Assembly (NCBI GenBank): GCA_963555985.3
Contig: OY820591.1
Location: 768,001 to 832,000, forward strand
DNA length: 64,000 nucleotides
From: Dehalococcoidia bacterium
GTDB taxonomy: Bacteria > Chloroflexota > Dehalococcoidia > Bin125
Direction: 5' to 3'
Shown here: positions 59,083-64,000 of the stretch, one piece after another
Position numbering within the stretch: the stretch's first letter is position 1
How the letters are laid out: each line of letters begins with the position of its first letter
Position numbers and translations under genes: made by a program
Notes under the pieces: generated by a model
What the model saw: the letters and a program-made list of their open reading frames with translations, nothing else
Databases searched by the model: none
Told to the model about the DNA's origin: nothing

Positions 59083-59158
59083 TGGCTGCCCGGGCAGGAC
59101 TTGAACCCGCAACCTAGCGGTTAACAGCCGCCCGCTCTACCAATTGAGCTACCGGGCA
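59083..59158 (-). tRNA. tRNA-Asn(GTT)
   Basis: Reverse strand TGCCCGG..GCGG-CTGTTAA-CCGC..GTTCAA..GCCA; 76 nt. Confidence 0.96.
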
Positions 59159-59245
59159 TCGCCGCAACCAGCTTAGCGCACCTCCGCCGCTGGATCATCG
59201 GGAGTGCGCTCACTCGGGGCGGTTGTGAAGTGTGACACAGCCCCG

Positions 59246-60460
59246 CTAGCGGGCAGTGCCCGTGCCCACGACCGCCAGCGGCTGCGCCGCCTGCGGATCG
59301 TGCAGGCGCAGCGACACTTGGCCGTCCAGCGCGTCCAGCAGCGCCTCGCCGCAGACTTTGCCTCGCCAGCCTCGCAGCAGCGGCGGGCGCAGCTCGGGGT
59401 CGCGTCCGTTCGCGTCCCACGCGATCAAGGCTCGCAGCTGACCGCTCGAACCGACCAGGCTGGGATCAACGCGGTACCGCTCGCAGGCGGCGGTGAGCAC
59501 GGCTTCGAGGAAGAGCAGCGCCGCCCGCTTCGGCTTCGGTTGGCGGAGCGGGCGTTCGCGTTGCGGGAGCTCGGGTTCAGGCAGGTCGTAGGCGTCTTGG
59601 ACAGCGCGCAGGATCGGCGCTCGATGCTGGCGGCGCAGTTCGCTGCCCCCGCGCAGACTGAGCAGTTCTTCGAACGAGCGCGGCAACTGCTGTGCGATCC
59701 CAACCAAGAGGTCGTCGCGGACGATCCAGCGCAGCGGCAGGTCGGCAGCCTCCGCCTCACGGACTCGCCACTCGGCGAGTTCGCGCAGCGCGGCGAGCGA
59801 GCGCGGTTGCAGCTTGCCCGAGCCGGCCAGCCGCCGCCAGACGGCTCTGTCGCCGCCGCGCCCCAACTCGCGCAGTCGTTGCGACATCTCTTCCTCGAAC
59901 CAGCCAAGCGACCGGTTGGCCCGCATCCGCGCCTCCAGACGCTCGCGCAGCGGCAGCAGCCAACGCACGTCATCGGCGGCGTAGCGCAGTTGCGGCGGCG
60001 TCAAGGGTCGCTTGAGCCAGTCGGTGCGCGACTGCGACGGTCCCAGGCCGCGCCGCAACTCCTGTCCAACGAGCTTGTCGTAGGCGATCGGATAATGAGC
60101 GCCGTTGAACGCCGCTCCGAGTTGCACGTCGAAGAGCTGTCCCGGTAGGCGTCCGCTGCGGCGCAGGCAGAAGCGGGCTTCCTCGTAGAGCGCATGCACG
60201 ACCGTGAGCACGCCGGGATCGGCCATCGCCTCCCAGATCGGCTGATCCGGTTCGTCCGGAGCGAGCGGATCGATCAGGAAGAGGCCGTCGGGCGTGGCGA
60301 CCTGGACGAGGCCGAGCACGGGACGGTAGGTGCGCTCAGAGACAAACTCGGTGTCCAACCCCATCAGTCCGTGTCGCCGGACTGAGGCGGCGAGGTCGGC
60401 GACCTCTGCCCGCTCAGTGAGCAGGGTCAAAGGTCGCGTCGCCGCTGGGGCTGCGGGCAT
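59246..60460 (-). CDS. rnd: Ribonuclease D
   Basis: [26 protein letters not shown] and an HRDC region; start position uncertain. Confidence 0.92.
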   Translation of the reverse strand: MPAAPAATRPLTLLTERAEVADLAASVRRHGLMGLDTEFVSERTYRPVLGLVQVATPDGLFLIDPLAPDEPDQPIWEAMADPGVLTVVHALYEEARFCLRRSGRLPGQLFDVQLGAAFNGAHYPIAYDKLVGQELRRGLGPSQSRTDWLKRPLTPPQLRYAADDVRWLLPLRERLEARMRANRSLGWFEEEMSQRLRELGRGGDRAVWRRLAGSGKLQPRSLAALRELAEWRVREAEAADLPLRWIVRDDLLVGIAQQLPRSFEELLSLRGGSELRRQHRAPILRAVQDAYDLPEPELPQRERPLRQPKPKRAALLFLEAVLTAACERYRVDPSLVGSSGQLRALIAWDANGRDPELRPPLLRGWRGKVCGEALLDALDGQVSLRLHDPQAAQPLAVVGTGTAR

Positions 60461-60545
60461 CGGCGCTCCGGATCGGACTGCGCGGGTTGCGCTCAGCATA
60501 GCGCGAGCCCGTGTTAGGCTGGATTCCTGTGATCGGAGGCGGGTC

Positions 60546-60662
60546 GTGAAGGTTCGCGCATCAGTCAAGAAACGCGCGCGCGGCGATCAGATCGTGCGCC
60601 GCAAGGGCCGCGTCTACATCATCAACAAGCGCAATCCGCGCAACAAGCAGCGGCAGGGCTAG
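60546..60662 (+). CDS. rpmJ: 50S ribosomal protein L36, Cys-free type
   Basis: [38 protein letters not shown]. Confidence 0.93.
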   Translation: MKVRASVKKRARGDQIVRRKGRVYIINKRNPRNKQRQG

Positions 60663-60689
60663 CGGCGCTCAGCAGGATGTGAGGCCGCG

Positions 60690-61619
60690 ATGTTACGGCC
60701 GGCGCTGATCTGGCTCTCACAACAGGACTGGGCTGAACGAGGTGCCCGCGCGGCCGGGATCGAGCGCCTCCTGGTACGCCGCTTCGTCGCCGGGGACCAG
60801 AGAAGAGACGCGCTGGCAGTCGCCCGGACCGTGTCCCAACCATCGGATGGCACGCCGGGAGCGAACGCGAAGTTCTCCTTCCTGGGCGAGGCCGTCACCG
60901 ATCCGGCCGACGCAGAGCGGGCCGTCGCCGAATACTGCGCGCTGCTGGCCGACATCGGCGAAGCCTCGGAGCTCGATCTGCGGGTCGGGGTCAAGCCGAC
61001 CCTGCTGGGCTTGCAAATCTCATACGCGACGGCGGAGCGGGGCTTGCTCCAGATCGTCGAGACCGCCGCCGGCCACGGCGTGCGGGTCGAAGTCGACATG
61101 GAAGCCTCCGAGACCGTGGACGCAACGCTGGATCTGTATCGCGTGGCGGCGGGAAGGTCGGAGCGCACCGGAGTCGCCCTCCAGTCCTACCTGCGCCGCA
61201 CCCCCGAAGACGCCCAGCGATTGATCGACGAGGGCATCGCACGAGTGCGCCTGGTCAAAGGCGCATACAGCGAGTCGAACCGGATCGCCTACAGCAACAC
61301 CCCGGCGATCCGCCGCGCCTACATCACCCTCTTGGAGCAGCTCTGGCGCGCCGGAGCCGATGTCGGTGTCGCCACCCACGATCCGGCCTTGCATCGCGCC
61401 GCGCGGCGGTTGGCGGGAGAGATCGAGCCGACCGGCTACTGGGAGTTCCAGATGCTCTACGGAGTCCGGCCCCAACTCGGAACGGCAATGCGAGCCCGCG
61501 GCGAACGCCTGCGGATCAGCATCCCCTACGGAGCCCAGTGGTACCCCTACCTCATGCGCCGGATCGCAGAGCGACCGTCCAACGCGCTGTTTGCCCTGCG
61601 CGCCGTATTCGGTCGCTAA
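60690..61619 (+). CDS. Monofunctional proline dehydrogenase
   Basis: RFVAG, VDME, LQSYLRR, RLVKGAY, ATHD, EFQMLYG and YLMRRIAE motifs. Confidence 0.93.
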   Translation: MLRPALIWLSQQDWAERGARAAGIERLLVRRFVAGDQRRDALAVARTVSQPSDGTPGANAKFSFLGEAVTDPADAERAVAEYCALLADIGEASELDLRVGVKPTLLGLQISYATAERGLLQIVETAAGHGVRVEVDMEASETVDATLDLYRVAAGRSERTGVALQSYLRRTPEDAQRLIDEGIARVRLVKGAYSESNRIAYSNTPAIRRAYITLLEQLWRAGADVGVATHDPALHRAARRLAGEIEPTGYWEFQMLYGVRPQLGTAMRARGERLRISIPYGAQWYPYLMRRIAERPSNALFALRAVFGR

Positions 61620-61634
61620 GAAAGCAAGACAAAC

Positions 61635-61682
61635 TCTCCCCCGCACTGCGGGGGGAGATGTCGCGTAGCGACAAAGGGGGGT
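61635..61682. repeat. REP-like family A copy (reverse orientation)
   Basis: TCTCCCCCGCA-C-TGCGGGGGGAGATGTCGC-GTA-GCGACAAAGGGGGG. Confidence 0.8.
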
Positions 61683-61737
61683 CCGCAGTCCCCCGCAAGC
61701 AATCTCCATAAACCCGACCAGGCCCTACACTCACCCA

Positions 61738-62163
61738 ATGCCTGACGACATCCAATACCTGGTACCCCTCAACGAGATCCAGCACCGCTACGGCGGCGGT
61801 TCCCTCTTTGGCGAGCGCATGGTCGAAATCGACCGCGGCCGGACCGTCTTCGAGCTGCCGATCACGCGCAACACCGCTGGCGGCGCGCGGGGAGGCGTGC
61901 ATGGCGGCATCCTCGCCTCGCTGGCGGATATCGGCGTGGTCGCGGCGGTGCTCTCGACCTGCCGTATGGGTGAGCAGATGCAGGGCACGAGTGAACTGAA
62001 TATCTCCTATCTGCGACCGGCGGTGGGGAAGTTCATTCGCGTGGAGTCAAACGTGATCAAGAAGGGGCGCACGCTTGCCGTGGGTGATGTAGACCTGCTC
62101 TCTGACCAGGGCAAGTTGATCGCGAAGGCGAGAGTGACCTACTCCATCGCGCAGGTGGGTTGA
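61738..62163 (+). CDS. PaaI family thioesterase
   Basis: VHGGILASLAD, LNISYLRP and KKGRTL motifs. Confidence 0.92.
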   Translation: MPDDIQYLVPLNEIQHRYGGGSLFGERMVEIDRGRTVFELPITRNTAGGARGGVHGGILASLADIGVVAAVLSTCRMGEQMQGTSELNISYLRPAVGKFIRVESNVIKKGRTLAVGDVDLLSDQGKLIAKARVTYSIAQVG

Positions 62164-62167
62164 GCTC

Positions 62168-63103
62168 GTGTCGATTGATCTGGCTCCCGATCTGGCGACG
62201 GCGGCGCTAGCGGCCTGCGGTGTGTCTGGAACCGCCGTTAGCGCGCGGCGGCTCGATGGCGGCGTCTCCAATCTGAGCTGGCGGATCGAACGCGAGGGAG
62301 CGCCGCCGGTCGCGCTGCGGGTGGAGCGTGAGCGCGGCATTTTTCAGCCCTACGACGTGCGCCGCGAGGCTCGCGTGCTGCGCTGCCTGGCCGAGAGCGC
62401 CGTGCCTGTGCCCCGAGTCCTGGGCGAAGCCGGCGCTGAATCGCCCTTCGCAGCGCCCTGCATCGTGCTCGCCTGGATCGACGCACCGCACATGGGACAA
62501 GTGGCGATGACGGCGGACGTGATCGACTCCTACCGAGCCGCTGTCGAGACGATCCACGCCGAGAACTGGCAGAGCCTCGGTCTGCAATTCCTTAATCCGC
62601 CCGATCCCGGTCCCGAGGCGGCCTTGCGCGACCTTGATGCCGTTTATGCGCGGGCGCTCGCGTTCGGCTATGAAACCGACCCGCAGATCACCTATCTCGC
62701 CGAAATCGCGCGTTCGCATCTCCCAGACAGTCCCGCTCCGCGTCTCTGCCACGGCGACATCAACGTCTTCAACTACCTCGTCGGCGACGACGGCCGGATC
62801 GTCGGCGTAGTCGACTGGGAACAGGCGCATCTGGGCGATCCGTTGTCCGACTGGGGCCTGATCACCGCGCTGGCGAGTCTGCGCGGATTGAGCGCCCCGC
62901 CGGAGACGCATCCATTGGCGGCGCCCGCGTTCGCGCGTTCCGGGCGCGAGGCCCGCGATCTGCGCTACTGGATGCTGCACCAGACCTACAAGCTGGCCGT
63001 CATTCACCGCATCTGGTCCGAGATCGGCGATCAGCCGCCCTGGTACAGCTGGGACGACGTGCTGCGCGTGTCGCGCGAAGCTATGAGTTATCTCGAAGCC
63101 TGA
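62168..63103 (+). CDS. APH-like phosphotransferase
   Basis: GGVSN, REARVL, CHGDINVFN and DWEQAHLGDP motifs. Confidence 0.9.
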   Translation: MSIDLAPDLATAALAACGVSGTAVSARRLDGGVSNLSWRIEREGAPPVALRVERERGIFQPYDVRREARVLRCLAESAVPVPRVLGEAGAESPFAAPCIVLAWIDAPHMGQVAMTADVIDSYRAAVETIHAENWQSLGLQFLNPPDPGPEAALRDLDAVYARALAFGYETDPQITYLAEIARSHLPDSPAPRLCHGDINVFNYLVGDDGRIVGVVDWEQAHLGDPLSDWGLITALASLRGLSAPPETHPLAAPAFARSGREARDLRYWMLHQTYKLAVIHRIWSEIGDQPPWYSWDDVLRVSREAMSYLEA

Positions 63104-63162
63104 GAAAATTCTGAAACTCTCCCCCGCATCCCACGGGAAGCTGTTACCCAACGCCTAAATCC

Positions 63163-63210
63163 TCTCCCCCCGCATTGCGGGGGGAGAGGTCACGACGTGA
63201 CAAAGGGGGG
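63163..63210. repeat. REP-like family A copy (reverse orientation)
   Basis: TCTCCCCCCGCA-T-TGCGGGGGGAGAGGTCAC-GAC-GTGACAAAGGGGGG. Confidence 0.8.
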
Positions 63211-63251
63211 CGACCAATCTCCCCCTCGCACGATCCGACCGCCTCCTAACT

Positions 63252-63548
63252 CGACTGTGACCCCCGCTACACCCCGCCAACCCCGGCTCCGCCAAAGAAC
63301 TCCTGTACGTATATGATCAACCGCGCCCGATCATCCGTTCACGACCAACCGAGCTCGCCATGACCCCCACAGCCTGTCTGGATAAACCAAGACAAACCCG
63401 GACACACACTCCCAATTTCCGCTCTAAGTATCCCGTAATCCAGACGAATCTGGACAAATCTGGACTATCCAGGACTACCTGTCGCCCAATTTCACGTCCA
63501 CAGCGGCAAATTCGCCTCCCCCGCCCCAAAATTCCCCCGACCGCCCTA
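63252..63548 (+). repeat. ~300-bp element C; inverted copy of 49905-50200
   Basis: Collinear homology across the whole length, including the 10-bp periodic core at 63436-63475. Confidence 0.85.
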
Positions 63549-64000
63549 GCCGAAGCTCGCCAGCAGCTCGATCGCCCGCTGCATCCCCGCCTCGCTCGGA
63601 GAGGCGAGCGAGACCAAACGATCCACTCCCGCCTCGGCGTACTGCTCAACCGCCTCTTCGGTGAGCCGTGCCGGCGGCGTGATCGTGATCTCCAACTCGC
63701 CCAGTTCGGCCGGGCGCTCGGTGTGATCGGCGAGTTCGTTCAGCTGTCGCACATAGTCGGCGGTCTGCTCCGGGTCCTGCGCCCAGCCGTACCAGCCTTG
63801 CCCCCGTTCGACAGCCCGCCGCAGCGCGGCGGTGGAGTGTCCGCCGATGTGAATCGGCACGCCCCCGCCCTGCACGGGCCGGGGATGCGCGTCAATCCCG
63901 GAGAAACTGTTGAATTGACCGGCAAACGCTGGGTCTTCCTGAGTCCAAAGCGCGCGCATCGCGTCAATCGCCTCGTCAGTGCGGCGGCCCCGCTCGGAGA
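63546..64000 (-). CDS. LLM class F420-dependent oxidoreductase (5' truncated by window edge)
   Basis: RGRRTDEAIDAMRALW and PRPVQ..PIHIGGHS.AALRRA..GWYG. Confidence 0.88.
   Translation of the reverse strand, partial: SERGRRTDEAIDAMRALWTQEDPAFAGQFNSFSGIDAHPRPVQGGGVPIHIGGHSTAALRRAVERGQGWYGWAQDPEQTADYVRQLNELADHTERPAELGELEITITPPARLTEEAVEQYAEAGVDRLVSLASPSEAGMQRAIELLASFG

Noticed and set aside
1-64000. CRISPR array
   Set aside because: No repeat-spacer series with constant 23-47 bp repeats and no cas genes; the repeats seen are palindromic or 10-bp periodic.

Overview
GC-rich bacterial chromosome segment. The gene content (several CaiB CoA-transferases, enoyl-CoA hydratases, F420-type LLM oxidoreductases, cyclase, amidohydrolase) suggests a Dehalococcoidia/SAR202-like Chloroflexota, possibly host-associated; this assignment is inference only. 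Core genes: infB-rbfA-truB, a fatty-acid cluster (acpP, two fabF, fabD, fabG), amtB-glnK, an aapJQMP-type ABC transporter, rnd, a Cys-free rpmJ, a proline dehydrogenase and three tRNAs (Leu-CAA, Gln-TTG, Asn-GTT). No CRISPR array, reverse transcriptase, integrase or intact transposase was seen. Four accessory signals stand out. (1) Three secreted modular proteins share an N-terminal module and carry different enzyme-like domains, two of which appear catalytically dead. (2) Two orphan hicB genes lie in tandem, delimited by decayed copies of the tRNA-Asn 3' end. (3) Both recognisable HicA-type toxin genes are broken by a point mutation while their antitoxins stay intact. (4) Several interspersed repeat families occur: GNA-triloop double hairpins, dRS3-like hairpins targeted by MITEs, and a ~300 bp element with 10-bp periodic repeats and a conserved promoter-like motif. 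All family assignments come from motif recognition by eye, not database searches.
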